Assembly (NCBI GenBank): GCA_016180645.1
Contig: JACPAV010000007.1
Location: forward strand, 40,888-104,887
Length of the DNA: 64,000 bases
Reading direction: 5' to 3'
Source: Nitrospirota bacterium
GTDB lineage: Bacteria > JACPQY01
A program made the position numbers and the translations under genes. The notes beneath the pieces were generated by a model. That model was not told the DNA's origin. It saw only the letters and a list, made by a program, of their open reading frames with translations, and ran no database searches. Positions 1 to 11,311 of the stretch are shown piece after piece; position 1 is the first letter of the stretch; each line of letters starts with the position of its first letter.

Positions 1-76
1 GGTATCACCATGGGCTACAGATTCTTCCACTTGAGCGCAGATCTTGACAGCGAGTGAGGTCCAGACCGGACCCTAT

Positions 77-145
77 CAGCGCTTGACCTGCACCAATTCC
101 ACGGTGACCCCCGCGGCGCGGGCGGCGTCGGCTTGCCATTGGCAT
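77..145 (-). pseudogene. 3' remnant of a vapC (PIN toxin) gene; translates to ...QADAARAAGVTVELVQVKR* and ends at a stop
   Basis: Reverse-strand translation of 77..145 gives CQWQADAARAAGVTVELVQVKR*, near-identical to the C-terminus (QRQADAARAAGVSVELS*) of the intact VapC at 961..1356. A ~27-bp DNA repeat (cgcggcgcgggcggcgtcggc) is shared at 100-127 and 975-1002. The frame is closed by an upstream stop after ~23 codons. Confidence 0.4.
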
Positions 146-212
146 CACGTTATCTAGATAACTGGATATACGTCTTGACGGTAGTCTTCCGTTGCGGTAG
201 GCTGCCCGTAGG

Positions 213-452
213 ATGCAGAACAAGGTCGGAACGGTGCTGGAAGCGGGGCTGGTCGCCAAGGCGAAGGAATTGGCCGGACGCAGAGGGTTCACTTTCAGCA
301 AGGTTTTGGAATCGGCGCTTTCCGATTATCTCAGACGGGAGAGAGCGGCGTCGAAAGGTGTGTCTTCCGTTGAGGCCACGTTCGGCGCGATACGCCTGCC
401 TCCCCGCGCGGCCGTCCGGTTGGAAGCGGAGGACCCCTACGGATCTGAGTAG
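213..452 (+). CDS. ribbon-helix-helix (CopG/VapB-like) antitoxin
   Basis: 79-aa ORF lying directly upstream of a PIN-domain ORF, with its stop TAG at 450-452 where the PIN frame begins. Small basic N-terminal region typical of RHH DNA-binding antitoxins. Confidence 0.55.
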   Translation: MQNKVGTVLEAGLVAKAKELAGRRGFTFSKVLESALSDYLRRERAASKGVSSVEATFGAIRLPPRAAVRLEAEDPYGSE

Positions 453-939
453 CATTCCTTCCGGGGAAGCCGTCTTCATAGACGCAAACATCTTTCTCTA
501 TCACTTTACAGGCGTTTCAAGGGACTGCATGGAGTTTCTGAAGCGATGCGAACAAAAGGAGCTTTCAGGCTGGACGGCGGTCCCGATATTGGCCGAGGTT
601 TGCCACAAATTGATGGCGGCCGAAGCCTTGGCCAAGAAATTCGTGAAGCCGGGCCGGGCCGTCGAGCAACTTCAGCGGAAACCAGGTCTGGTGCGGAAAC
701 TATCAGACTACGCCGCGCAAATGGTGGCCCTGCACGGATGGGGCCTCTCGCTGGCGTCTGTGCCGGAGGACCTAATCCTTCGAAGCCAAGTTTTCCGTAC
801 TCGGTTCGGCCTTCTGACCAACGACTCCTTTGTTCCCGTCCTGATGCGTGAAGCAGGCGCGAGTTTTCTCGCCACCCGCGACGAGGCTTTCGACAGCTTG
901 CCATCCATCCGATCGGCGCGGCCCACGGACATCGGCTAG
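451..939 (+). CDS. vapC: PIN-domain toxin (VapC-like); start codon uncertain
   Basis: Translation begins ...AVFIDANIFLYHF (first acidic PIN motif) and continues with the conserved acidic residues of PIN nucleases (…TNDSFV…ATRDEAF). It immediately follows the antitoxin ORF. No ATG is present at the junction, so the start may be a non-ATG codon overlapping the antitoxin. Confidence 0.6.
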   Translation, partial: SIPSGEAVFIDANIFLYHFTGVSRDCMEFLKRCEQKELSGWTAVPILAEVCHKLMAAEALAKKFVKPGRAVEQLQRKPGLVRKLSDYAAQMVALHGWGLSLASVPEDLILRSQVFRTRFGLLTNDSFVPVLMREAGASFLATRDEAFDSLPSIRSARPTDIG

Positions 940-960
940 CGCCACCCCGGCCGGAGGACT

Positions 961-1356
961 CTAACTCAGCTCGACGCTGACGCCCGCGGCGCGGGCGGCG
1001 TCGGCCTGGCGCTGATCGAGAGTCCAGAGGGGAAGATTTCGCACGGAAGCGACGGCGATGAAGCAGGAATCGGTAAAGGAAGTCCCGTGTCGAACCGAGA
1101 GATCGAGGGCCGTAGGGAGCCAGGAATCCGTTGGCAACTCCAGGGCGGGAGCAGACCAAACCTCGCGCATCAGCTCAATTTGGACCTCAGCCGGCGTGCT
1201 GCGCCGCTTCCGGATGGCATTGCAAACTTCAAAGCGCAACAGCGGGCCTGGAACGACCCATCTGGCCGCGCCGATCTTGGCTGCGATGTTTTCCCACTGC
1301 TCCTCGCGGAGCATAAAGGCTGAGACCACGCTACTGTCAGGAACCAACTCAGCCAT
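961..1356 (-). CDS. vapC: VapC PIN-domain ribonuclease toxin
   Basis: 131 aa, MAELVPDSSVVSAFML...D...FIAVA... matches the PIN (VapC) architecture. It overlaps the upstream antitoxin ORF by 8 nt. Confidence 0.75.
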   Translation of the reverse strand: MAELVPDSSVVSAFMLREEQWENIAAKIGAARWVVPGPLLRFEVCNAIRKRRSTPAEVQIELMREVWSAPALELPTDSWLPTALDLSVRHGTSFTDSCFIAVASVRNLPLWTLDQRQADAARAAGVSVELS

Positions 1357-1699
1357 CGCGGTACTCCCTGATCCATTTTACAACTGTCCCCTTGGGCAGT
1401 TCGGGGAGCCCCAGCTCGTCGTTCAAACGATTCACCTCGTCCAACCATCGGCGTTGGTCGGCCAGTTGTTTATCGCGGCGGATTGCGATCTCCGGCAGAA
1501 AGCGTGCGGCTTCCTCGAAAGCCTGAGAGAGCGTCTTGTTGTATTGGGCGGCGTATTCCTTCGCGAGTCGAACGGCGTCTTCCGCGACACCGCGTAGGAA
1601 GAGATTCCGGGATAGGCGTGGTCCGGGCCACGCCGGTGCGCGTTCGGCCAATTCAGTCCTGGCAGTTTTGGCCTTTCGGTACATGCGCCGTTTTCTCAT
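1349..1699 (-). CDS. vapB: VapB-type antitoxin (start taken at the internal Met of the long ORF 1349..1834)
   Basis: The ORF ends overlapping the vapC start; product MRKRRMYRKAKTARTELAERA... is basic with an N-terminal DNA-binding-like region. Confidence 0.55.
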   Translation of the reverse strand: MRKRRMYRKAKTARTELAERAPAWPGPRLSRNLFLRGVAEDAVRLAKEYAAQYNKTLSQAFEEAARFLPEIAIRRDKQLADQRRWLDEVNRLNDELGLPELPKGTVVKWIREYRDG

Positions 1700-1803
1700 G
1701 GTCAATTCTTGATATCTAGGATATCTCACCTCCAGCAGCGCAGTCAATGGCGACTCAACGAGCAGCTTGACAAACTTGAGCAGGCGGGAAATACTTCCGG
1801 GAA

Positions 1804-1819
1804 GAACGACGCGTCGTTC
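1804..1819. promoter_or_regulatory. perfect 16-bp palindrome GAACGACGCGTCGTTC, candidate TetR operator upstream of the tetR gene
   Basis: Seen directly in sequence; an identical 16-mer recurs at 2452..2467. It lies just 5' of the TetR start at 1828. Confidence 0.55.
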
Positions 1820-1827
1820 TAAACAAG

Positions 1828-2436
1828 ATGGCACACAGGGCGATTCAGAAGCACCCCGGGAGACCGGAGACGAGGAAGGAAATCCTCGATGCGGCCCGGT
1901 CGGTCTTTTCGGAAAAGGGCTATCACGAGACCCAGATTCGCGACATCATCAAGAAATGCGGATGCGGGATCGGGACGTTCTACCAATACTTCAAAAACAA
2001 GGACGAGATCTTTCTCGAGATCGTGGGAAAGGGATCGAAACTGCTACGGGAGGTATTGCACCGCGAAGTGGAAGGGCTGCACGGCGTGGAACCGACGCTC
2101 CAACGAGGGCTCAAGGCGTTTCTCGACTTTGTAGAGCGGGAGAGAGCCTATTTTGTGGTGTTGTTCCGGGAGGGATACGTGACGAGTCCCGCTGTTCGCG
2201 CGGTAATCAATGAAGCGACGGGCGCCCTTTCGCTTCTCATGCGGGACATGATCCGGCGGGGGATCCAGTCGGGTGAAGTCCGAAAAATGTCGGAGGAGGA
2301 AATCGACGTGGTCAGTCAATGCATGATTGGAACGTGCATGTACGCGGCCACGCTCACCGTATCGGGTTACGGTGTGGCAAAGGAAAACATGATCAAGCAC
2401 ATGACGAATACCCTCGTACGGGGGATTCGATCGTGA
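1828..2436 (+). CDS. TetR/AcrR-family transcriptional regulator (FadR/AtuR-like lipid-catabolism repressor)
   Basis: N-terminal HTH signature ...TRKEILDAARSVFSEKGYHETQIRDIIKKCGCGIGTFYQYFKNKDEIF... typical of TetR. Flanked by identical palindromic operators. Confidence 0.85.
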   Translation: MAHRAIQKHPGRPETRKEILDAARSVFSEKGYHETQIRDIIKKCGCGIGTFYQYFKNKDEIFLEIVGKGSKLLREVLHREVEGLHGVEPTLQRGLKAFLDFVERERAYFVVLFREGYVTSPAVRAVINEATGALSLLMRDMIRRGIQSGEVRKMSEEEIDVVSQCMIGTCMYAATLTVSGYGVAKENMIKHMTNTLVRGIRS

Positions 2437-2451
2437 GGTCCGTGAATCCAG

Positions 2452-2467
2452 GAACGACGCGTCGTTC
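2452..2467. promoter_or_regulatory. second copy of palindrome GAACGACGCGTCGTTC, candidate operator for the acyl-CoA dehydrogenase operon
   Basis: Identical to 1804..1819; positioned ~35 nt upstream of the ATG at 2503. Confidence 0.55.
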
Positions 2468-2502
2468 GTACGGCGACGCGCCCGTTCCTGAAGGAGGAAT
2501 CC

Positions 2503-3714
2503 ATGGCGAGTTTTGAGCTGAATGAAATGCAGAAGATGGTGAAGGACGTGATGCACCAGTTCGCGGAACAAGACATCCGTCCCGTTTCCCACGAATACGA
2601 CGAGAAGGAAGAGATGCCCTGGCCGGTGATGGAGAAAGCCGCGGCCATCGGGCTGGGAACGGCGGAAACCTTCGGCCTCACCAAGAAAAGCAGCAACGGC
2701 GGCGGCGATAGCATGGCCGGGGAGGCTCTCAAGGCGGGCGGGCGGTCGTTCCTGGGCGCGATCGTGAGCGAGGAGCTGGCGTGGGGTTGCGCGGGGATCA
2801 CCAACGCAATCAACGGAAGCGGGCTGGCGGCCGTGCCGGTGGCCGGAATGGGGAACGACGAGCAGAAAGACCTCTTCATTCAATGCATGAGTGGGAAGGA
2901 TGAGAACGGCCACATGAAAATCGCCGCGATGGCGATGACGGAGCCGAAAGCGGGTTCGGACATCTCATCCATCCAGTGCTCCGCCGTGAAGGACAACGGG
3001 AATTACATTCTCAATGGAAGCAAGCAGTTCATCACAAACGGCCACTCGGCGAGTATTTTCGTCGTATGGGCAACCGTCGATCCCAAGGCCGGGCGCGCCG
3101 GGCATCGGGCTTTCGTTATTCCGCGAGGTACGAAAGGGCTTGTGCCGGGGCCGAAGGACAAGAAACTCGGAATCCGCGCAAGTGAAACTTCTCCGGTATT
3201 TCTGGAGGACTGCAAAGTTCCTGCGGGATGGATGCTGGGCGGAGATCGGGCCGGCTTCGGCGGGGCGAAGAAGATGTTCGATGCGACGCGTCCCATGGTG
3301 GCCGCGATGGCGATCGGCATTGCGCGTGCGGCGGTCGAGTACGCCGTGCAGTACGCCACGGAGCGCGAGCAGTTCGGCGCGCCCCTCGCCTCGAAGCAGG
3401 CGATCGCGTTCATGCTGGCGGATATGGCGATGTCCGTCGAATCGGCGCGGTTGCTCGTGTGGAAATCCGCGTGGATGGCGGACAAGCAAATCCCGAACGT
3501 GAAAGAGGCGTCGATGGGGAAGGCGCTTGCCGCGCAGGTGGCCATGGACGTTACGCTCAAAGCCGTGCAGATCCTCGGGGGCTACGGATTCATTCGCGAC
3601 TACCCCGTGGAAAAGTGGATGCGCGACGCGAAGATCTTCAACATCTTCGAAGGCACCGGCGAGATCCAGCGCTCGATCGTGGCGAGGGAACTCACCGGAG
3701 TGCGCTGCCTGTAG
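2503..3714 (+). CDS. acyl-CoA dehydrogenase
   Basis: 403 aa with ACAD N-, middle- and C-domain signatures (…AMTEPKAGSD…, …IFEGTGEIQRSIVARE… C-terminal motif). Confidence 0.9.
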   Translation: MASFELNEMQKMVKDVMHQFAEQDIRPVSHEYDEKEEMPWPVMEKAAAIGLGTAETFGLTKKSSNGGGDSMAGEALKAGGRSFLGAIVSEELAWGCAGITNAINGSGLAAVPVAGMGNDEQKDLFIQCMSGKDENGHMKIAAMAMTEPKAGSDISSIQCSAVKDNGNYILNGSKQFITNGHSASIFVVWATVDPKAGRAGHRAFVIPRGTKGLVPGPKDKKLGIRASETSPVFLEDCKVPAGWMLGGDRAGFGGAKKMFDATRPMVAAMAIGIARAAVEYAVQYATEREQFGAPLASKQAIAFMLADMAMSVESARLLVWKSAWMADKQIPNVKEASMGKALAAQVAMDVTLKAVQILGGYGFIRDYPVEKWMRDAKIFNIFEGTGEIQRSIVARELTGVRCL

Positions 3715-3735
3715 AGCAGACTGGAGCGAGGGATC

Positions 3736-4179
3736 ATGGCTGAAAACGTCATCCGACCCGACTTGACGCCCGAGAAGGTCAAGGAGTGTCTCAAGGCGAT
3801 TGACTTCCACGACCGGAAAGCCGTGCGCGAAGCGATCTGGGATGCGACTCCAAAACAGGTGTTCGAAATCGTGATCCCCACGGGACACGAGCAACTCAAC
3901 CGCGGGGGCGCGGAGCCTCTCGAAGAAAACACCGTCGTCCGGTTCGTGGTCGATGGCGACGGCGGCGGCTCGTGGGACATGGAAGTTCGAAAGGGGAAGC
4001 TGGTCGTGTCGCCTTCCGGGAACGCTTCCCCGAGGACCACGATCACGATGTCCGCCGAGACCTTCGCCAAGCTCATGCGCGGGCAGACGAGCGGCATGAC
4101 CGCCTTCATGATGCGGAAACTCAAGGTGGACGGCGATCTCATGCTGGCCACGAAAATCCAGCCGTTGTTGCTGGGCTGA
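3736..4179 (+). CDS. SCP2 sterol-carrier-like lipid-binding protein
   Basis: 147 aa ending ...[23 protein letters not shown], the characteristic SCP-2 C-terminal helix motif. Confidence 0.75.
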   Translation: MAENVIRPDLTPEKVKECLKAIDFHDRKAVREAIWDATPKQVFEIVIPTGHEQLNRGGAEPLEENTVVRFVVDGDGGGSWDMEVRKGKLVVSPSGNASPRTTITMSAETFAKLMRGQTSGMTAFMMRKLKVDGDLMLATKIQPLLLG

Positions 4180-4213
4180 GCCGGCGTCGGCCCAGACGAA
4201 AGGAGAAATCAAC

Positions 4214-6210
<1,997 letters not shown>

Positions 6211-6222
<12 letters not shown>

Positions 6223-6447
6223 GCCTGCTCCTTCCTTGAGCCTCTCAGCCAGCCAGAGCTTGATGATCGATTGACGGGTTACCCCGAGCCGGCGGGCTTC
6301 CTTGTCGAGGGATTCGACCATCCAAATGGGAAAGTCGACATTCACCCGCTTCTGTTCCCTACCCGGCCTGTGGGCTTTGGACCGGTCAAGAAATCTGGTG
6401 ACGTCTTCTCCGCGATCGAATCGCTTGTCAAATATCTTCGCTTTCAT
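6211..6447 (-). CDS. brnA: BrnA-type (RHH/CopG-like) antitoxin
   Basis: 78 aa, …KRVNVDFPIWMVESLDKEARRLGVTRQSIIKLWLAERL matches the BrnA family signature. Its start overlaps the stop of the upstream BrnT-like ORF. Confidence 0.7.
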
Positions 6448-6697
6448 ACAACTCCATTTCCTCCTTTCGGGAGCGCCGCACGCAAATCAACCGGACCTTT
6501 TCCCCCCGGTAAGCGATCACGGCCGACCAGACTCTTTCCCCGATTCGGCCGATCACCATCCATCGGGATTCGTCCGACGTCTTCGCCGGGATCTCGATTC
6601 GGTCCGGGTCGAGCCACAGCTCTTGGGATTCCACGAAATCGATCCCATGTTTCCTTTCGTTCGATTCGCTCTTCTTCGGATCGAACTCGAACTCCAC
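6428..6697 (-). CDS. brnT: BrnT-type toxin (DUF497 ribonuclease)
   Basis: 89 aa, MEFEFDPKKSESNERKHGIDF…RVWSAVIAYRGEKVRLICVRRSRKEE matches the BrnT/DUF497 fold motif. An AT-rich tataaaatatata lies just upstream at ~6703-6716. Confidence 0.7.
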   Translation of the reverse strand: MEFEFDPKKSESNERKHGIDFVESQELWLDPDRIEIPAKTSDESRWMVIGRIGERVWSAVIAYRGEKVRLICVRRSRKEEMELYESEDI

Positions 6698-6787
6698 GGT
6701 ATAAAATATATACCTTTTCTATTTACCCGTCCATCCCGGTTTTGCGAAGTCGGAATCGGGGGACAGCATTCTCCCTGCTGGGCGCGC

Positions 6788-8434
6788 TCAAAGGCGGGGT
6801 ACGCCGAAACTGGTTTCTCGCGTGATTCGCTTCCCGGCCTCCAGGCACGTGTCCAGCACGAACGAGACGACCTTGCGGGTATCCCTGGGATCGATGATGC
6901 CGTCGTCCATCAGGCGGGCGCTGCAATACATGGACTCGGAGACGATCTCCAGCCCCTGTTCGATCATGGTTTGACGGGCCTTCAGTTGCTCCCGCGCGGA
7001 ATCGTCCGGCGTGAAGCCCGTGCGTTTCCATTTCTCCTCCGTGATGATGCCGATCACTTTTGCCGCCTGAGCGCCCCCCATCAGGGCCTGCCGGGCCGTC
7101 GGCCACGAAAAAACGAAGTTCGGCTTGAGCGCGCGGCTGGCCATGGCGTAATTGCCGGCCCCGTAGGAATTCCCGAGGAGGACGGTGATCTTCGGCCCCC
7201 GAATATTGGCCACCGCCTGAATGAGTTTGGCGCTGTGTTTGACCTGGCCGGACCGCTCCACGTTTTTCCCCACCCAGAAGCCGGTGGTATTTTGCAGAAA
7301 GAGCAGGGGCGACCGCGCCTGCTCACAGAGCTGGATGAATTGCGCGGCCTTCAGCGCGCCCTTGGGAGTGATGGGCCCGTTGTTTCCAATGATGCCGCAT
7401 CGTTTTCCCTCGATTCTGGCGTGTCCGCAGACGGTGTGTTGATCGATGGCCGGATTGAATTCAAACCACTCCGAGCCGTCGACAATCCGGGCGATCACTT
7501 CCTGTACTTTGTACATGGTCCGACGGTTGACGGGCGCGAGGCCGATCAGCTCTGAAGGATCGTACTTCGGAGGCTCGATCGCCTCGTCCATGTGGTCAAG
7601 CTTGGGGTCCTTTGGGAGTTGAGCGACTATTTCACGCGCGATGCGGATTCCGTCGGCGTCGTCCCCGGCCAGGTATTCACCGGTTCCCGATACGGTGGCG
7701 TGCATCTCGGCTCCCCCCAGTTCCTCATGTGTCGTTTCCTCTCCCGTGCCGGCCTTCAGAAGGGGCGGTCCTGCCAGGAAGAGCTGGGTTTTCCCCTTCA
7801 CAAGAACGATATAGTCCGAAAGCGCGACTTGGTACGCGCCTCCGGCCGTTGCGTTCCCATGGGCGACCGTGATCTGTGGTATGCCCGCTGCGCTCAATTC
7901 CGCCTGCTGGCCGTACACCCGCCCCGCGTCCGTGAAATTGGCCGCGGCCCAGGGGTCGCCGGCCGCCGATTCCTGGCCCAAATCCCCGCCGCCGCTCTCA
8001 TGCAGGGAGACCAAGGGGAGCTTGGCTTGGAAAACGATTTCCTGGATCCGCAGCATCTTCTTGACGTTGACGGAGTTGATCGTTCCTCCCTTGATCGCGA
8101 AGTTCCAGACGATGACCATGCATCGCCGGCCCGAGATGCTTCCGATGCCCGTAATGATGTTGCCGCCCGACTTGCTCCCATCGCTGTCGTCGAGCATTCC
8201 GTATCCGGCGATCGAGCACAGCTCCAGAAACGGCGCGCCGGGATCCAATAGAAGGGACAGCCTCTCGCGAGGAAGCAACTTCCCCTTTGCGCGCGCCTTC
8301 TCCCGGTATCCCGTTTCCGTTTCGAGCTGTTTCTTCTCGACGTCGCGGACTTTTCGGACATAGTCCTCCATGTGCTTCGCATTGGCCGCGAAGGATTCTC
8401 CCTTCACATTGATCTTCGATTCGATGACAGGCAT
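6788..8434 (-). CDS. acyl-CoA carboxylase carboxyltransferase (beta) subunit, MCCB/AtuC/LiuB-like
   Basis: 548 aa; strong colinear similarity to methylcrotonyl-/geranyl-CoA carboxylase beta chains (…REVIARIVDGSEWFEF…, …FIQLCEQARSPLLFLQNTTGFWVG…, …ITVLLGNSYGAGNYAM…). Confidence 0.9.
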   Translation of the reverse strand: MPVIESKINVKGESFAANAKHMEDYVRKVRDVEKKQLETETGYREKARAKGKLLPRERLSLLLDPGAPFLELCSIAGYGMLDDSDGSKSGGNIITGIGSISGRRCMVIVWNFAIKGGTINSVNVKKMLRIQEIVFQAKLPLVSLHESGGGDLGQESAAGDPWAAANFTDAGRVYGQQAELSAAGIPQITVAHGNATAGGAYQVALSDYIVLVKGKTQLFLAGPPLLKAGTGEETTHEELGGAEMHATVSGTGEYLAGDDADGIRIAREIVAQLPKDPKLDHMDEAIEPPKYDPSELIGLAPVNRRTMYKVQEVIARIVDGSEWFEFNPAIDQHTVCGHARIEGKRCGIIGNNGPITPKGALKAAQFIQLCEQARSPLLFLQNTTGFWVGKNVERSGQVKHSAKLIQAVANIRGPKITVLLGNSYGAGNYAMASRALKPNFVFSWPTARQALMGGAQAAKVIGIITEEKWKRTGFTPDDSAREQLKARQTMIEQGLEIVSESMYCSARLMDDGIIDPRDTRKVVSFVLDTCLEAGKRITRETSFGVPRL

Positions 8435-8527
8435 GAGTCTTTCTCCTTCCTACCGATTCACCACATTCCGGGCATACGTGCAAATCTTGGACCGACCGCA
8501 TCTCACGACCTAATCCTAGACGCTCCC

Positions 8528-8609
8528 GAAATCGGAAATCGGCGAAATCAGGAAATCGGGGGACACCCTACCGATTCTTCCAATCGTGAAATCTGTAGGG
8601 TGTCCCCGG
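8528..8609. promoter_or_regulatory. divergent promoter region with a 4x tandem GAAATCG heptamer array followed by a 13-bp perfect inverted repeat (ggggacaccctac ... gtagggtgtcccc)
   Basis: Read directly: gaaatcg gaaatcg gcgaaatca ggaaatcg ggggacaccctac cgattcttccaatcgtgaaatct gtagggtgtcccc. Lies between the divergent carboxyltransferase and radical-SAM genes. Confidence 0.5.
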
Positions 8610-8693
8610 ATTCACGTAGAGATGGCTGCGACTCTGAAGCCGATCCATCTCCCATGGGGGCTTGAACCCCGCCGTGAGTTAGCATACATTAGT

Positions 8694-9812
8694 ATGGTCA
8701 TGGGAATGGAGAGATCTACTGTGGCTCCGGGCATTCGGCGGGGTCGGGGGGCGGCGACGAATGAGACGGGCCGGTACGAGGCGGTTCGAGCCGAGGCTTT
8801 TGACGATGGGTGGGGTCCGGACGAGCCGGGGCCGCCGCCGCTGAAAACCAGCGTTACTGAAGATCGATCCCGCTCCGTGATCACACGCAATGATTCGCCC
8901 GATGTGCCGTTCAAACAGTCCATCAACCCTTACCGGGGATGCGAGCACGGCTGCGCCTACTGCTTCGCCCGGCCCACGCATGCCTACCTCGGATTCTCAC
9001 CCGGACTCGATTTCGAAAGCCGCTTGTTCGCCAAGGCCGATGCGCCTGAAGTTCTCCGCCGGGAACTCCGGAAACCCGGCTATCGCTGTTCCACCATCGC
9101 CATGGGAACGAATACCGATCCGTACCAACCCATCGAGCGGGAGTGGATGATTACCCGAGGCATCTTGGAGGTGCTTTCGGAATGCGGACACCCTGTCAGT
9201 ATTGTCACGAAGTCGGCATTGGTAGAGCGCGACATGGACATCCTTTCGTCCATGGCCAAGCGGCGATTGGCCGAGGTGACTCTTTCGGTGACGACGCTGA
9301 ACAAAGATCTCGCTCGCCGACTCGAACCGAGGGCGGCCGCGCCGTGGAGGCGAATTCAGACGCTGCGAGCACTGAAGGAGAACGGCGTTCCATGCGGAGT
9401 ACTCGTCGCACCCGTCATCCCCGGCCTCACGGATTCAGAAATGGAATCGATTCTCGAGGAGTGTACGAACGCGGGCGCCCGGTGGGCGGGATTCCAGCTC
9501 CTTCGTTTGCCCATGGAAGTGAAAGGTATTTTCTCCGAGTGGCTTCAGGCCAACGAGCCGGGGAAGCGGGAACACGTGCTCAACCTCATTCGGGAGACAC
9601 GCGGCGGCCGACTCACCGATTCAGATTTCGGCGTGCGTCAAACCGGGACCGGGCCCTACGCGGAAATGCTCCGGAAAAGATTCCATCTCGCCTGCACCCG
9701 TTTGCACCTGAACGAGGCGGGCGACGAGATCGACATCACCGAATTCCGACCACCCGGCAGGGCGGGTGATCAGATGGGGCTATTCCAGGTCAGTCCTTCT
9801 TCGAATACTTGA
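8694..9812 (+). CDS. radical SAM protein, PA0069/Rv2578c family (SplB-like); start chosen at an internal Met
   Basis: …RGRGAATNETGRYEAV…INPYRGCEHGCAYCFARPTHAYLGF… (CxxxCxxC radical-SAM cluster motif in the arrangement typical of this family). Confidence 0.75.
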   Translation: MVMGMERSTVAPGIRRGRGAATNETGRYEAVRAEAFDDGWGPDEPGPPPLKTSVTEDRSRSVITRNDSPDVPFKQSINPYRGCEHGCAYCFARPTHAYLGFSPGLDFESRLFAKADAPEVLRRELRKPGYRCSTIAMGTNTDPYQPIEREWMITRGILEVLSECGHPVSIVTKSALVERDMDILSSMAKRRLAEVTLSVTTLNKDLARRLEPRAAAPWRRIQTLRALKENGVPCGVLVAPVIPGLTDSEMESILEECTNAGARWAGFQLLRLPMEVKGIFSEWLQANEPGKREHVLNLIRETRGGRLTDSDFGVRQTGTGPYAEMLRKRFHLACTRLHLNEAGDEIDITEFRPPGRAGDQMGLFQVSPSSNT

Positions 9813-10005
9813 ACGAGACGTTGACGCGCGCGCGGTAGGCGTTGACCTTCCCGTTCGCCATCGTTACGTCCAGCTTGGTGACCTCGCCCACGCGAAGGTC
9901 TTTGAGCGACTTACCGGCCATTTCCAGGGCGGTCTTCACCGCATCTTCCCAGGATTTGCTGCTGGTGCCCACGAGTTCGATGATCTTGTACACGCTTGAA
10001 GACAT
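9790..10005 (-). CDS. dodecin-family flavin-binding protein
   Basis: MSSSVYKIIELVGTSSKSWEDAVKTALEMAGKSLKDLRVGEVTKLDVTMANGKVNAYRARVNVSFKY matches the dodecin signature. Confidence 0.7.
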   Translation of the reverse strand: MSSSVYKIIELVGTSSKSWEDAVKTALEMAGKSLKDLRVGEVTKLDVTMANGKVNAYRARVNVSFKYSKKD

Positions 10006-10103
10006 GGTTCCTCCTTTTGTTTGCCTACCCATTGTCCATCATTCAGATCAAGACTCAACTGAAAACGCGTGCGGTGGATCGGGCCGTTCCTGTGAAGGGC
10101 CGC

Positions 10104-11219
10104 CTACAGGACCGCTCCGCGATCCGCCGGTAGGACCACGCGGAACGTGGAGCCGACGCCCAGTTGGCTCTCTGCCTCCAGCGTTCCTCCCATGCGTTCC
10201 ACGATGCGGTAGGAGAGATAGAGGCCCAGCCCCATTCCCTTCCCCGCGGGCTTTGTGGTGAAGAAGGGTTCGAACAAATGCGGCATGTGTTCGGCGGCGA
10301 TGCCGGCTCCGGTGTCTTCGATCTCGACTCTCACCGTGCCGTTTGATTCCCGGGTTCGGAGCCGAATGGTTCCCTGCGTCGAGATCGCCTGGGCGGCGTT
10401 CAACAGAAGATTGAGAAACACTTGAGTGAGACGGCGGGGCGCGCAGGGGATTTTGGAAACGCTACCGTACTCCTTCGCGATTTCGGCTTTGTGTCGAAGT
10501 TCATTGGCCATGATTCCCAGGGCGGAGTCGAGTATGGCGTTGATGTCCGTCGGCTCGATTTCGCTTTCATCCACGTGGGCGAACTCGCGGAGGTCCGACA
10601 CGATCTTCGAGATTCGGTCGGCCCCTTCGTGCGATTCCCGAACGAGGTCCCCCAGATCCCCGGTGATCCGATCCATCTTCTCCGACTCGCGAATTCGGCG
10701 GATGTCGGCGAGCGATTCCTGGAGATCGCCCTGGGGTAACCGGCCCGCCCTGTCCTCCAGGGTTCGATACGCCCGCAACACGGTGATCAGGCTGCGAACG
10801 TATCGGGCCAGCACGGCGAGGTTGTTCTGGAGAAAGGCCATGGGATTGTTGATCTCGTGCGCGATGCCCGCCGTGAGCGTTCCGAGGGAGACCAATTTCT
10901 CCGCTTGAATGAGCTGCGATTCGTGGGAGCTCAGAAGCTCCAGCGCCGCCTGGCGTTCCTCGAGAATCCGGTTCACGGCCCGCGCGAGATCCTGAAGATG
11001 AAGCGGCGCGTCCGGGTCCAATGTCAGCCTCGCGGCGGGGCCTTTTCGGGCCAAGGTGTTCAGGGCGTCGATGAGCGACTGGATTTCCTTCGGATGCCGA
11101 GGGCCGCGGCGACGATCGGCGGGAGGGATTTCGGATGACGCGGGCGGCTTCCGACCCCGCGCCGATGCGCTCGATTTCCGCATCCCCATGCCCGCAACTA
11201 TGCCATAACCGCCTGTCAT
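10104..11219 (-). CDS. cytoplasmic sensor histidine kinase (HisKA + HATPase_c; no TM/sensor domain); start approximate
   Basis: H-box …AGIAHEINNPMAF…, then N/G1/G2 boxes (…LLNAAQAI…, …DTGAGI…, …GMGLGL…). No hydrophobic segments N-terminal. Confidence 0.8.
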   Translation of the reverse strand: MTGGYGIVAGMGMRKSSASARGRKPPASSEIPPADRRRGPRHPKEIQSLIDALNTLARKGPAARLTLDPDAPLHLQDLARAVNRILEERQAALELLSSHESQLIQAEKLVSLGTLTAGIAHEINNPMAFLQNNLAVLARYVRSLITVLRAYRTLEDRAGRLPQGDLQESLADIRRIRESEKMDRITGDLGDLVRESHEGADRISKIVSDLREFAHVDESEIEPTDINAILDSALGIMANELRHKAEIAKEYGSVSKIPCAPRRLTQVFLNLLLNAAQAISTQGTIRLRTRESNGTVRVEIEDTGAGIAAEHMPHLFEPFFTTKPAGKGMGLGLYLSYRIVERMGGTLEAESQLGVGSTFRVVLPADRGAVL

Positions 11220-11311
11220 TTTCCTCCCGCCTCGAGTGAAGGCGGCGCGTTTCCATCGGTGTTGCTCCGCCCGCTCGCGGTGTATACTCTGCGCATCGTA
11301 TGGGAGGAGCG

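Noticed and set aside
8528-8560. Heptamer arrays (here and at 22415-24740) as a possible CRISPR array
   Set aside because: Units are only 7 nt, contiguous and without spacers. No cas genes are nearby.
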